Source: Lama glama (Eukaryota). From it: 64,000 nucleotides of DNA. The stretch covers positions 63,552,001 to 63,616,000 of the forward strand of contig CM052816.1 of the NCBI GenBank assembly GCA_028534125.1, written 5' to 3'. Positions 12,260 through 25,253 of the stretch are shown here, piece after piece. Within the stretch, counting starts at the first letter, position 1. Each line of letters opens with the position of its first letter. The notes under the pieces were generated by a model that did no database searches, was not told where the DNA came from, and saw only the letters and a program-made list of their open reading frames with translations. The position numbers and the translations under genes were made by a program.

Positions 12260-12681
12260 TCATACAGATAATCAAGTCAAGCAGACCCTAAAAAATCTTA
12301 AAAGATTCAGATTCCATTTTTAGCTTGAATATATTGAAGGCATACTTGTCAAAAGAACAAAGTTTCACAAATCCAGTCTAAAGTAAAAATAATGTCTATA
12401 AAAAAACACTGGGTGGACAACTAAGAAAATAACTTCTGCTTTTACATTCTAGAAATGACTTCACTAAATCTCACTTCAGGACCTCTGTTTCAAAATAAGA
12501 TTTGACCAAATCAAGATTCAGGTTTTGGTTTTTTTTTAAATATCCTTGAGAGTTTAATCTGAATTCTTTGAGCTTCTGTCTAGTAGATCTCATTCTCTGA
12601 TGTTTCTATGACTGAGGTATAAAGCATCTATTTATTTGCTTGCAAATTCTTTAAAGAATGCAAAGAAATCAAGCTATACAC
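12260..12681 (-). pseudogene. Candidate decayed exon (3'-most) of a putative RGS-like pseudogene
   Basis: Acceptor TTTAATAG|G at 12681. Phase-0 frame VYSLISLHSLKNLQANK*MLYTSVIETSENEIY*TEAQRIQIKLSRIFKK, then after a 1-nt slip in an A9 run NLNLDLVKSYFETEVLK*DLVKSFLECK. 3' end uncertain. Confidence 0.5.
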
Positions 12682-13788
12682 CTATTAAATTTAAAATTAC
12701 TTCATAGGATACTGTTTTATCATAGTTGGTGACACATATCTTGCACCCTGTGGGTTATATAATTTAAAAAGTCTAAACCTTTAATCCATATTCAAAGGTA
12801 TTTTAAATATATATACATCATCCTACTCCATAAAATAATGTATGAGACATGCTATTTGTCAAACATAAAAACCATTCCTTTATAGGTTATACCCAAAAGG
12901 CTTGTGTTTTTTGGTTTATCCCATCCAGTATTTATTTTTCCCAAGACTTGCATCTTGGGCTTTGTATGCCACAGGTCTCCTGATGAGCGGCCATAAATAA
13001 ATGCAATGTGGCTATGCTTCAGTCAACATCCTGGGTCAAGAATTCTGATTCTGACTTAGGCATCAGCAAGATGCATACCCCTAACTAGAACAGTGACTGG
13101 CATTTAATAGGCATTCAGACATCTGTTCGATGAATTAACTTGTTCAACTGCTCCAAATCTCTGTTACCTCTTTGTTTTGTTTTGTTTTACCTCTTTGAAC
13201 AGCCTGGAAAAGTAACTTTCATTCTCTCAACTGCAGAAACTTTTTGTGAGGGTTAAATGAAATAATAAAATATGATAGTGCTTTGATATTTATAAACTAT
13301 AGTCATGTTAAAAAAAACAAAGTAAACCAGTCTATGAAAAAATAAGCTAGTATTCTACTATAATCTTCAAATCATTAATTTGAATTTTATGTCCAGTGAT
13401 ATAAAATTAAGCACACTTTACAATTTGGCTTTGGCCCTCATCATCTCATACTGGAGAGGATAACAAGAGTTTAACAGATCTGTCTATATTCTTTTACCCG
13501 CTTGAGTCCATCCTACCTTAACAGCCAGAATAATCTTGCTTAAGGATCTCTCCATTAAGTCATATCTATTAACAGTGACTACTATTGTCCTAGCCTATCC
13601 TGAGTTGATAAACTATTCCAAAAAAAAATCATAGTTGTTGTAATTGAGCCAAGCCAATATCCTTATAATGCCTAGATTTAAAAAAATTCTCTGCTTTGGG
13701 GTCATTAGTATATTAATTTTAAGAGATTATTCCGAAGACGAGGCTGTTAAACTATTGAGCAAGATTTGAGGCAGAAGCCAGCACTCAC

Positions 13789-14146
13789 CTTAACCAGTTT
13801 TCTGCTCCTCTGGAGAAGAGCAGAGGCACGACTTGGCTCCTGGTCTAGCTCAATTTCCATGTACTTGTCTACATCTTCTTACTTGAAATTTTCCATTCAA
13901 TGTTTGCATCTATTCTCCATTACTTCCACAAAGTTTGTGGATCTAGGATCAAGTGGAGAAAATGGGTAAGGTTGGCAGAATCTTTCTTTGACTTTATTAT
14001 CTACTTTATGCCCTGGACTGTTTTGGAGATTTCTGGTTGTCAGTGATTCCCATTCCCATTAAATTTACTCAAATTTTAATTCTAATTAAACTGGTGTAAT
14101 TTCATTGAATTATATTTTAGTCTTTAAACAAATATATTAAAAACAC
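13789..14146 (-). pseudogene. Candidate decayed exon of a putative RGS-like pseudogene
   Basis: Acceptor TTTATATCTCCCAG|G (14146) and strong donor AAG|GTGAGT (13789). The last ~90 codons carry only 2 stops (...FSPLDPRSTNFVEVMENRCKH*MENFK*EDVDKYMEIELDQEPSRASALLQRSRKLVK). One frameshift is needed near the 5' end. Confidence 0.55.
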
Positions 14147-14689
14147 CTGGGAGATATAAATTCCAATTTTACTTGCTCTAAAATAACTGCTTTTTTCATC
14201 TTCATAGGATCTCTCTTACTGCTTGCAAACATGTTCAGTCTCCTTTGTCTTGGAAACAAAAAAAAATCTTCCCTTGATTCCCTTTCTATTTAAATTCTAT
14301 TCTATTTTTTACTTTCTCTCGCCTGTCACATCTCAAACAACTGCTCTAAATCACTACCTTGATTCTCCATCACTCATTCATTTCCTAAACCTGGATTCAA
14401 CCCTCTACTGAATTGTATTTTTTTAAAGTCAAAGGTTACCCTCTAATTACCTCATTCAGTGGACCCTACCATCTTTATTTGCCTTGAATTCATTGAAGAA
14501 TGGCCTACCTGTTCTCTTCCAAACAATACCTTGCCCATTTCTGCCTCAGTTTCTGCTCATATAGTAAACGATTTACTCTTCTCTTTTCTTCTCTATTTAA
14601 AGCCTTTCCATCTGGCAAGGCACAGCTGAAGTCTCTTCTTTTTGGAGCTTTCTCCACCTAATCTAATCTATAATGGCTGTCCTATCTGG

Positions 14690-14872
14690 GTGATTCTCCA
14701 CCAGCCATGATCATCAGAAGCACCTAAGAAAGATTTTAATAAAAATACAGAAGCAAAAACCCTACTCCAGGCCTAGTGGTTTAAAATTCCAGAGGGAACT
14801 TACTGTGGTCTAATTTTTAAAAACTCATCAGGAAATTCTGAGGCGTATGTACAACTGGTTGAGAACTATTGA
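14690..14872. mobile_element. MER5-like hAT-Charlie MITE
   Basis: GTGATTCTC...CATCAGAAGCACCT...TTGAGAACTATTG termini. Confidence 0.65.
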
Positions 14873-15271
14873 TTATTCCCAAATTTTCATAATTCAATAT
14901 TTTCTGTGCATTGGCCGCTCAGGGACTGGGTACTGAATAGACATTGATTGATTATTTTCCTAGTCCACCTTCTTCATTATAGTTCTTTCACGCACATTTT
15001 TGATAGTCTACTTATCAACTTATTTTGATAGTATACTTTCACTTATACTTTTTGATAGTGTATTGGATTGTATTAATGGTAAGTTTTTGGTAGAGAGCTA
15101 ATTTATGAAGTCTTTTAAGTTCCACATTGAACTTAGAGCTATATAGAAGGTATCAAATAATATAGTGTCATATTAAATTATTGAGATATTTCTAATCTTT
15201 ATACTTACTAATATAATGTTTGCTTTAATTTTCATTTACATAACAAATTCCTCTAAAGTATAGGAAGTTAC

Positions 15272-15747
15272 CAGACTTTTAGTAATTTGATGAGTATGAA
15301 CTCAAAAATAACAGGAAGTGATCTTTTCACCATTTGTAGTAATATATTCAAATTAAAAATCATTTATATATGCTTACAATAATTCTTATTTATTCAGGAG
15401 CTTAGTAAACTCTTTAATAGGTTTACTTTACTCTGTGATTGATGGTGTGCTACACATCCTCATTATCTTAAGAAAACTATGACCACTGTTAGTTTTTTCA
15501 ATGTATTCAGTCCAAGTCAAGTACAACTGGAGAGACTAGGTTTCCATGAAATACTTCTTGATAAAGAATAGCACTTGATATCTTTGTTGCTGTTCTGATG
15601 TAATCAACTTTACAGAAAGCAAAGTTTCCAATAAATATTAAGGCCCACAAACACATTCTATTTCCCTAATCTTTGTTAATATGAGTACTTACTTTTTGTG
15701 GCTGTTTAAATGGAAAATATATGTTATATACCATGAGTGGAGCATAG
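15272..15747 (-). pseudogene. Candidate decayed exon with an RGS-domain-like segment
   Basis: Acceptor TTTGCTTTGTCCTAG|C (15747) and donor CTG|GTAACT (15272). One continuous frame (phase 1 to 0, 158 codons, 8 stops) containing KLITSEQQQRYQVLFFIKKYFMET*SLQLYLT. Confidence 0.5.
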
Positions 15748-16089
15748 CTAGGACAAAGCAAATACATTTTACAACAGTAGAAACGTATTAAAGACATTTT
15801 TTACCTTATAAATTTATCTCTCTTAAACATATTTGTTTTGCTTGACTTCATTTCTTATGACTATTACAGTGTTTTTATAATCTATACACTTATCATTTTG
15901 ATAGCTATATACTACTCCATATATTTCTAAATCATTTTTTGCTTATACATTCATTGTATTATTGGGTTATCTTCAAAATAAAATTTCAATTATGAACATC
16001 TTTGTAAAACTTTTTTTGTGGGAAAATTCCTCCAAATGAAAATATCAGGTCAAAGGGTATGAAAGTTATCACTTAAAATGCAAAAGAGA

Positions 16090-16580
16090 GACTATCACTT
16101 CCTTCTTAAAACCAATCACCAACTTCCTAGGATAAAATCTAAATTCTTTACATAACTATACATGATCTAGCTTTGCCACCTCTCCACCTTTGTCTGATAC
16201 CACACTCCTGCTCATTCTGCTCTAGCTTCACTGAGTTCTTTTCTGTTCCTTAAATGTATCAGGCTCTTCCCCAGATCAGGATTGTGGCTCTTGCTCAACT
16301 TTTCATATGACTGTTTCTTCTCTTTCAGGTCTCAGTCACAAATCACCTGCTGAAAAAAGTCTTCCCTTACCCCCCACCTCACCCCTGCTTTACTTACTAT
16401 CACATCACTCTGTTACTTAACACAGCCTGTAATAACTTGTTCCTGTATTTACTTTTTGATTTGTTTATCTCCTCCCCTACTCTAAAGTAAGCTCCTTGAG
16501 GGTACGAAACTTGTTTAATGTTCTTTGTTACCTCTTCTGCACACGGAACAGTACCTGAAACACAGATGCTCAGCAAACAA
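16090..16580 (+). mobile_element. LINE-2 3' fragment
   Basis: Typical L2 3' end (...AAGTAAGCTCCTTGAGGG...ACAGTACCTGAAACACAGATGCTCAGCAAA). Confidence 0.7.
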
Positions 16581-16584
16581 AACA

Positions 16585-16805
16585 AACGTTACTTTTTATT
16601 CTGCAACTTGCTATCTTTATATGAATGGAAAAGTGCTAATAACTTAAAGGTCAGAACCTTGGCAATAGGCTATCCTGTATATTTCAGGCTATAGGCAACA
16701 TTCTTTTATGAAAGTTATAGAACCAGCAAGGCTAACCTAGGAAACAGAGCACAGTGTTAAAGGAACAGACCTAATATGGAATCAGATTTGTTCTTTTCTA
16801 TTACA
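16585..16805 (-). mobile_element. Partial ERV1-type LTR
   Basis: Minus strand begins TGTAATAGAAAAGAACAAATCTGATTCCATATTAGG, an LTR-like 5' terminus; truncated. Confidence 0.55.
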
Positions 16806-18184
16806 ATAGATCTATCTCTGTTTTAATAGTTGGCTCTTATTTCAGTGTATCTGTGAAAAGTAAAGGAAAGTGTAAGTAAACAAGCATTTAGATAGACATT
16901 TGGGTTGTTTCCATTTTATCTCTTGCTCTTATCAACAATGTTGAATGCATTCACTTTGTACAGTTGTGTGAATATTTCTTTAGGGTAACATACTAGAAAT
17001 AGAATTGCTCAGCCGAAAAATAGTCACATTACAATTTTGGTAAAATTGAGCAATTTTTGATGTTGTTTTAATGTTACTTTGATGTTTGTGATGCTATACA
17101 TCAATTACAGTTCACACAATATTTGAACTAAACATAATATATCATCATCATTTTTATTGTTAATCCCTGCCCTGATATACCCTCTCTCATTCCTGTAGAT
17201 TTCCAGATTTCTAACCAAATTCTTGGCCTCGACATACTGCCTTATTCTGACTTCAAGCTTGTGTACAAAGCCTGCCTCAGGACTTGTTCCAGACACTTGC
17301 TCTGAATTCACATCCCAATTTTCTGTAATTTCCCAGGACTAGCTGTTTCCACACCTCCCTTGCACTCATCACTATGTCATGATTCTGTAAATCCACACCC
17401 CAGCCCAGGACTCCATAAAACAATTCCACCCACATCCTTGTCACCTACTTTTATATACATGGAACAATAGCAAACAATATAAACAATCTGTAGTTAAATG
17501 CTAAATGTGTGGTACAGGCTCTAAGTAGAGAGTAGAAGAAAGTCAGTGAGAACTAGAGCAGTCAGGAAAGATTTTTTAAATGCTCTTTATATTTTTATGT
17601 TTTGTTTATGAGCATTGAAGAAGTTCAATTTTAAAAAGGGAGTAGAGGTCAACAGGTATGACTTCCTCAAGTCCTGAAAAATGACTGCGATCTAAATAGA
17701 CAGCAGAAAAGAATGCAAACAAGGCCAGAAGCAGCAGAAGCAGGATATTTTTCACATAACCACTTAGATGCAACCATTTTGATGCTAGGTAAGACAGCTC
17801 AGTTAAAATGTAAACATGATTTTTCTGAATACAAGTAATGTGTGCAACCAGACATCTATAATCTGTATTCTATCCCTAGTGCTCACTCTAAATATAGTGG
17901 ACTTCTGTCTTCTACTTTATTCACTTTTATATTGCTTAACCTGTAATTTAGCATGTACTGTTTTTGTAATCAAGATTTTTTTTCCTCAAAAATGTAGGAT
18001 CTCGAATGTTTACAGGAGGGAGATTGAAGAGACATATCTGATAAGAGATGTACATCTTGAAAATGACTGAAAAATCTTTAGGTGGATATAGTTATGGTGG
18101 GCTTTGAACACCATGCAGGGATGTTTACCCTTGGTGTGGGCATCTGTGGGGAACTCCTTTGAGGACAGGTATGTCCTGAACTAA

Positions 18185-18440
18185 TAGAGCAGCATCATGA
18201 TGTGATGGAAGAAGTATAGACTTTGAAGTATGACTGACCTGGTTTCAAATACCAGTTTTGCTGCTTCTTATATGTATGGCCTTGTTCAAGTTACTAGTTT
18301 TTTGAAGTCAGAATTTTCTTAGTCTATAAAATGGGGGTAATACCTATGTCATAGAGCTTTTATTATGATCAAACATAATGAAGTAAGAGCTATAAAGCAC
18401 TTGGCACAAAGTAGGCCCTTGATAAAGAACTGCTATAATT
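18185..18440 (+). mobile_element. MIR SINE
   Basis: Near full-length MIR-like sequence with core CTATAAAATGGGGGTAATACCTA. Confidence 0.75.
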
Positions 18441-19184
18441 ATTTAAGGAGTATTACAAATTTTGCCAAATAGAAAGAAGGGAGGAGACTTTTGCATCAGG
18501 ACAGTCAGTGAGGAGATTCATGAGGTATGAGCTTATTCAAGTTTGAATTAGTGGGATGGAAGGGAATTAGAGAAAAGACAGACACAAGAGATGTCAAGAC
18601 TGGAAAGTGATTACATACAAAATATGGAAGATAAAGGAGAGTGATATGTGGAATGCTTTGATTCTTAACAAAGGAGAAGATTGTCATTACTGGACATTAG
18701 AATTTTCCTGGGGTATAATTACATAAAGCAGGAAGTAGTCTATATTGGCATATCTATAAAATGTAGTTTGGGAAGCAAGAACCAGCAAAATGGAGGTCAA
18801 AGAATGTACAGGTGACTGATAATTTAGAAAAATATATTAAAGAATACAACTTCAGATGACAGGGTTTTGTTGGAATTTATCATTCTAGTTTACTGACACC
18901 AAGTGGTGGTACCATGAAAATTTTACAACCACATTTAATACTTATAAGACAAACTTATCTACCAGCAATAAAAGTTAAAATACATCTTCACCTAAAACCT
19001 CCTCTGGAGTTCAAATTCTTAAAATACAAAGCAAAAACCAGTTTACATAAAGCTGTATGTCACTTTGTATTTTATTTTGGTAGAATGCCTAAATCAGTCA
19101 CTTTAGATTTAGTGTTGTGAACATTTGTTGCTTCCTTCTGAATAATCTGTCTTCCTAGTAGTACCTTGAATTTCTCAATTATAT

Positions 19185-19659
19185 TGTTTAAGTGGGATTG
19201 ACCCCTCCTCTCACAACTCCAAGGGTAGGCCCTGATTAACTTAAGCCAGTCACTGTATTTCATCCCCCTGACCCAGTGATTCGTTCATAGATGAAAACAT
19301 TCTAATAAGGTACAAAGAATGTCTGTTCTTGGAATTGGCTTGAGTTGAGGGAGCAAACTCTCACCTTTCTGCTAGAAAATGGACCTGAAGAAAGTAGCTC
19401 CAAAGTTGTGAGCAACCATTTTTATGACCACAAAGTTAGGGCCTGGTAAAAATGGATTCACCACTGAAGAAGCAGAGCCAAAAATTTGAGGGAAAGAAGC
19501 TGGGTATCATCCAAATTCTTGAGCTGCTGAGCTGAATGAAAGCTTATCTGAGGTCAGACCTATCTGAATTTTTCTGCAACATAGTCCATAAATTCACTTC
19601 AGTGTTTCAGTTGAAGCTGGATTTTCTACTGCCTGCCACCCAAAATCCCATTAAATACA
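19185..19659 (+). mobile_element. MaLR LTR (old MLT1 subfamily)
   Basis: MLT1-like motifs and ...ATTAAATACA terminus. Confidence 0.65.
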
Positions 19660-20086
19660 AGTGACATGGCACCTGTGGATGTCAGTATTGTCCTAAGCTC
19701 TGGAGGACACTGTCAATATTATGTGTCATGTACAGCAAATGGAGCTCAGGTTAGGGTTTGAATTTGTGCTTTGGCAGAGTTTATAGCAGAAGCTGAAGTC
19801 ACTGAGGGGCAGACTTCCACTGGGATATTGAATCTTTAGTAGAATTTAAAATAGTCTCCTTAGTAGATTTATTACAAGTTGGCTTCTAAAAATTATTTTC
19901 AGAAATCTCCTATCAAGCTTCATTTTACCATTTAACCAAGGACTAGGGGAAATGGGGCTAAAGATATAAAGCAGCCTGGGGGAACAATTTTAGTTTATTT
20001 TCTAACCTTTTGATGAGAAGTATTGGTGCTACATTAAGAGATGTAAAAAATGCAAAATTTAAATTTTCATTTTGAAATCAACTCAC

Positions 20087-20632
20087 TTGGTTTTATATAA
20101 GGTCTGAAGCCATAAGGTGCTATTTGAAACATGTCATTGTGTAAACATATATCCTAAAAATTGAACTTGAAGATTTGGGAAATCTTTTTATAGAAGCTAT
20201 TTTTCTCAGAATGTAGAAGCAGTTTCCTGTAAATCATATTAGTTCTGAAGAGACTGTAGCAGGAGTGGCCCCAAGCCTTGTGGCATTTGTTAGAGCTGCT
20301 GTTGAAGTGCTAGCCAGTGCCATGGGTAAAAGGGTGATGACTAAGAAAATGGATGAAGACTCTCCGAAGAAAAGACAAATAAACCAGCAGCTGATCTCAG
20401 AGAATCCATGAAATTTTAGCTTATGGTTTTGAAATTAGCATGTAGTTGTGACAAAGGCAGTCAGGGCAGTTCAAAGAAGGAATAAATGTATCCTGCAGAA
20501 GTTTTGGGAAGTTTAGGGGGAGCACTGGCATGGCCAATTGCTGGAACTGTGACATAGCTATCGGTACCTGCCCAGGAATGAAAAGAACTTCAAAAAAAGA
20601 CTTCTGAGGAACAATCAGAGGCATGTGTACAC
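20087..20632 (-). pseudogene. Candidate decayed exon of a putative RGS-like pseudogene
   Basis: Acceptor TTCAGTAG|G (20632) and donor CCAA|GTGAGT (20087). 546 nt, phase 1-1, a single frame with only 4 stops in ~182 codons (includes ORF 20421..20624 and WIL*DQLLVYLSFLRRVFIHFLSHH). Confidence 0.55.
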
Positions 20633-20904
20633 CTACTGAACGTTATATATATTAAGGAATTGTCAATTTTATTGGGTAGGAAAGCAATTTTGTGGTTCTC
20701 TTTTTTTAAAAAAGTTCTTATTTGTTAAAGAAACACACACACACAGTAGAAACTTTTATTAGAGTGGAGAGACCATGAATCCTTTAAAATACTTAATAAA
20801 GGAATTTTCAGTCCTTGCAAGTTGAAGGATGGTATATGAATGTCACAGGTCATGGAAAATGAAAGGCTTGAAAAGCACAAGAATTCTATAAATGAGTAGC
20901 AGAG

Positions 20905-21243
20905 ACTGCTGGTGATCCTCAGCCTCCCTCATCTTAGTGTGGCCATATGATGAAGTTCTGGCCAATGGAGTGTTAGTAGAATCAATGTGCACTCTTTCAA
21001 GCAATGAAAACTTCCATGAATTTTTCTCATTTTCTATCCTCATCTGTCAGCTGAAGGACAGGACTCCTAGGAAAGGGTGAAGCCCAAAGTTGGAAGGAGT
21101 CTGGATCCCTGAATACCTGTCTCTCTCCCCACTTAACTGCAATGCACCATGGGATGAGTAAAAGGGAATTTTTTATTGGCTTAAGCCACTATAACATTTT
21201 GATATCATTTATTATAGAAGTTAGCCTGCTATGAATAATACAC
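20905..21243 (+). mobile_element. MaLR LTR (MLT1-like)
   Basis: GGCCATATGATGAAGTTCTGGCCAATGG and TTAAGCCACT...AATACA motifs. Confidence 0.65.
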
Positions 21244-21314
21244 AAGTCACCATCAAAATTTTAGATTACTAAATGATAACTGAAAGTGGTTTAATTATGA
21301 CCAGAAAAATTCTC

Positions 21315-21735
21315 ATGGGTCATGATTCTTAGGAAGCAGACTCTGAAATTAGTATGCAGGAATTTACCCGGAAGTGGCTTTGGATCAACAAATTTGGGAG
21401 AGCACAAGAAGCTGGTCTGGACAGAGGGAGAAACTGAATAGTGATGCAGTGAAAACAAAGGCCACTATAATTCCATGGATAGCTTTAGAGCTAGGATATT
21501 CTTTCAAAGTCGTCTCAAGCTGAGATGAGGGAGTAACTGTAACCCTACACATGGGTCAATTTTTGCATTTGGGTACCCCTGGAGGAGGGGAGTGGACCTT
21601 GGACAAGGGAGCTTCCATTGGCTGTGAGCAGCTTCTGAAGAGGAGTTCAGCTGTGAGCCCCTAGTAGCCAACACTCCTTTAACTGGGGAAATGAATGCCC
21701 TGGGTCTGGGAAGTGCAATACACATCCACTTCAGG
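21315..21735 (-). mobile_element. ERVL LTR (LTR16-like)
   Basis: TTCTTAGGAAGCAGACTCTGA...GCAGGAATTTA motifs typical of the LTR16 group. Confidence 0.6.
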
Positions 21736-21739
21736 AACA

Positions 21740-22287
21740 TTCCAGAAGCTGGTTTGTGAGTGGCAGTATGCTTTTAATGAATAGGCCAAGGAGCTATTTA
21801 TTGTTCATGAATAAGACTGCCTGCTGAGGCCAAAGGATTTAAGTAAAGTCTGTATTAAATGCAAAAGAGCTTGAGAAAATAATTAGTATAAAGACACCAG
21901 ACGATGGTAGATGGAAGAAGGAAGAGAATCTTCCTGGAGGTTCTATCCAAGAGAGAGACCTGGCTAAAGATAACTGCATGAAATAAAACACAGCTTAATT
22001 GTTACCCTCCACTAACTTTCTTATTATCCATTTGATGATAATAATCAAGTTTCATTGAAAACCAGTTGAAGCCTATTAAAATGGTCAAGGTGGGGTTCAC
22101 TGAGGAATTTAAAACTTGATTCTTAATACATTTTTAAAGAAGGTAATCTTTCTCTTAATGAATCTTTATCATCTGCTGCAGAACAATGTCATGAAAACAT
22201 AGAAAATTTGTCCAAAGATAAACCACATTTAGAGCTTAAGTCTAGTGTTTTAGAACTACATTCCAAACTCTGCTTTTTTTACAGAGC
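21740..22287 (-). pseudogene. Candidate decayed exon, 3' side interrupted by LTRs
   Basis: Acceptor CCCCTCATTCATTCAG|G (22287). Phase-0 frame AL*KKQSLECSSKTLDLSSKCGLSLDKFSMFS*HCSAADDKDSLRERLPSLKMY*ESSFKFLSEPHLDHF. Confidence 0.45.
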
Positions 22288-22637
22288 CTGAATGAATGAG
22301 GGGTAGATTGATTGAGGGCAACACTGCTCCAGGGGTAACAAAAGAACTTCAGTGATGGAGTATCTACCTTTTTTCCTTGAAGTTATTAACATACTGCCCC
22401 TAAACAAAAAGAGAATATAATTAACATCTGTACACCACCATCCCTTATTAATAACTAATAATTAGTTACTGAATAATAACAACATATATTTTGCTCATAG
22501 TCAAAGATCTTTTTACTTGTAAATATTTTTAAATGATATTCTTTATTTTTCATAAAAATGATTAGTTTGAATTATACTCAGTCATAATCCCATGACTACC
22601 TTTCTAATTCACACCATGACATTTAGATAACCTTTAC

Positions 22638-23055
22638 CAACTCTTAAGACAAATGGTGAAAAAGCAGGAACTTGTCCAGGAGAGGAAAGCCCCCTAAGTG
22701 CTTACAGCTACAGAAGTAAATCCTCAGGCCAACTTCATGGGTGCTCAGTTGATCTAATTCACGTTTTCATTGGAGTGCTGACTTCAAAGGAAACTTCTTG
22801 AAACGTCACAAATACTGACCTCTTTCAGAAGCTGGTAATATGAAGCAAAACAAAGTTTCTAAACTCAGTTGCAATGAATTGTACTTGAGAACAGACAGTT
22901 CCTGTTAGAAGTAACTGTACCCTATCATGTAGCCCGGCAAGCCGCCCTGGATTAGCACCCTTGAGAAATTGAGGTTTGTTTTTCCTAAGTTTCCTATTCT
23001 AGGGAAAATTACTCTTCTTGATGGTCATCTCATTGGTACAAGTCACAGGCCCTAC
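22638..23055 (-). pseudogene. Candidate decayed exon
   Basis: Strong acceptor TGCTTTATTTCACAG|G (23055) and donor TTG|GTAAAG (22638). The first ~76 codons contain one stop. Confidence 0.45.
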
Positions 23056-23289
23056 CTGTGAAATAAAGCAGCATAATATTCAGAGGTGTGTATGTGAAAT
23101 GCTAATGAATGTAAACGATAAAAAAAATGACTGAGGGTACTCCATTAAAGTATATGACCAATTTTTTTCTTATTGGATAATATAGAATATACAATAGTGA
23201 ATCTGCTGCCAAAGAATTCTTTCCAAGCCATTTCTGGAATTCAGGGTCCTGAAGAGTGAATGTCTGCACAATTCTCCTTGAGAATTATC

Positions 23290-23760
23290 CACTTATTCAC
23301 CCATTCAACAAATATTTACTGAATGCCTGCTACGTGCCAAGCGTTATTATAGGTGTGTGGGACACATTAGTGCACAATAGGAACCAAGGTTCCTATCCTT
23401 ATGCTATTGGGACCTTACACCCTACTAGGGGAGAAAGAAAATAAGTAAGAAGTCATAGTAAGTAACTAAGTGACATAGCATATTAAGAGAATGAGAGATA
23501 TATGGAAAAAAGAAAAAGTGGAGCAGGGTGAGGAGGATCAGGAGTGTTGGTGGGTCAGATAGTCTACAGGATTACGTAGAATAGTCAGGGCAAAGCTCTC
23601 TGAGATAGTTTTGAACAAATGAAGGAGTTTGGCTCTGTGACTATGTGGGCAAAGAGCACTGCAGCCCTAGGGAGCAGCCACACAAAGGCTCCTCTGGTTG
23701 GTTTGAGGAAGAGCAGGAGTGAGCAGAGGGAAAAGTCAGGCTGTAATGTAGGCCTTATTA
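23290..23760 (-). mobile_element. LINE-2 3' fragment
   Basis: CATTCAACAAATATTTACTGAATGCCTGCTACGTGCCAAG, the reverse-complement L2 end. Confidence 0.75.
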
Positions 23761-25253
23761 TAGCCAATCACTCAGAGTCGTCTTGAGTTAGGCCAAAATG
23801 ATCTGTCACTGGATGTGGGCCACCCTGGAATGGCTATGGCCTTGAGCAAGGTGGTTCTCTGCACATGAAGGGGCTGAGAGTGGTGGTCTGCCTACTGCCA
23901 TCACTGCCAGCAGCCTTCTTTGAAGAAATTGCTAGGAGGTACGTCTCAGTATCAACCCCTGCAGCCTCCTCATTCCGAAGATCACCTGTGGTCCATGATG
24001 GCTGCTGTAATTCCAGCATCCCAATCAGCTGGAAGAAGGGAAAGAAGGAAAAGGAAATATCCTGGTAGTTGCATGCACGACTTCCACTCAGTCTATTGCT
24101 GGAACCTGATCACATTGCCATACCTAGCTTCAAGGAAAGCTAGGTTATACAGCCTTTATTTTTGGTGGCCCTGGATAGCAAACAGACAGAGAAAAAGGAT
24201 GTCAAAGTAAAATTAGCAGTCTCTGCTACTGTCATGTTCCCCATTTTTGTAGGGGAGAGAATGTGGCTTCATCATATGGAAGAATGAATGAAATGCAGTC
24301 CATTTAGCTTATTCAGGATTTTTGTGCTTTGAGGTATTGGGGAATTGAGAGGCAACAAAGAAACACTGATCTCATGAAGAAGTCATAGAAAAGAACACTT
24401 GAGGGGAAAAGGGTGACATCAGCTGCACAGCAGAGGGGTTGGGCCAGTGAAGTTTGGGAATTAATACGATCAGATTTGTATCCATAGGCTGGTGGGACTG
24501 GGGATCAGTCAGATGGCATTTGTGCAGCATAAATTACTGTGGAACTGCTTCCCTCGTGACCCCTCCCTTGGCCTGCCTCTTCTGACTTTTTAGTCTTCTT
24601 TGCTGGCTCCTCAGCCCATTCTTTAAAGTTAGGATCCCTCCTGGGTCTGCCCTTAGTTCCTTTTTCTTCTCACAATGAATCATTGTGCATTCTTTTCCTT
24701 TATTAGGTCATATAACTCTGAGAATCTGATCTTCAACCCCAGAAAAGTGTCCATATGAATATCACCAATTTATTGCACAGAATAAACCTAATGGAGTACA
24801 AACAGTAAAGATTTCATTTTTCTCCCATCCCTGTCCTCAACTATGTTACATCAGCTTTCTTACTAGGTAGGTTCTTCATGATGTGTCAAGAAGATCCCAC
24901 ATTAGACTCTTTTAATCATTACAAAGCAATGGAGTCCACTTAAAATTCCAGTCACATCTCCACTTTTCCACCAGGCGAGGCTTGACCCACAGTCCAGGGA
25001 CCTTCAAATTTACCTCTTTCACTTTTCCTCCCCTCTGCCTTCTGATTCACTGGGTTGGAGTTCACTAGGAGGGAGGGTAGAATTACCTTGTGTAACTGGT
25101 CTCCCTCTGGCTCTGTCTGGACCTGTCCTCTATGGCTGGACTCTGCCTGGTGATGGCCTCTGCCTTGTAGTTGGTGAGTGAGGTTTTCTCCAGGTACTTC
25201 TCAGAGTCCTCTTGGCCCCCTTGGATGCTAAGGACTTCTTTCGGCCTATACTC

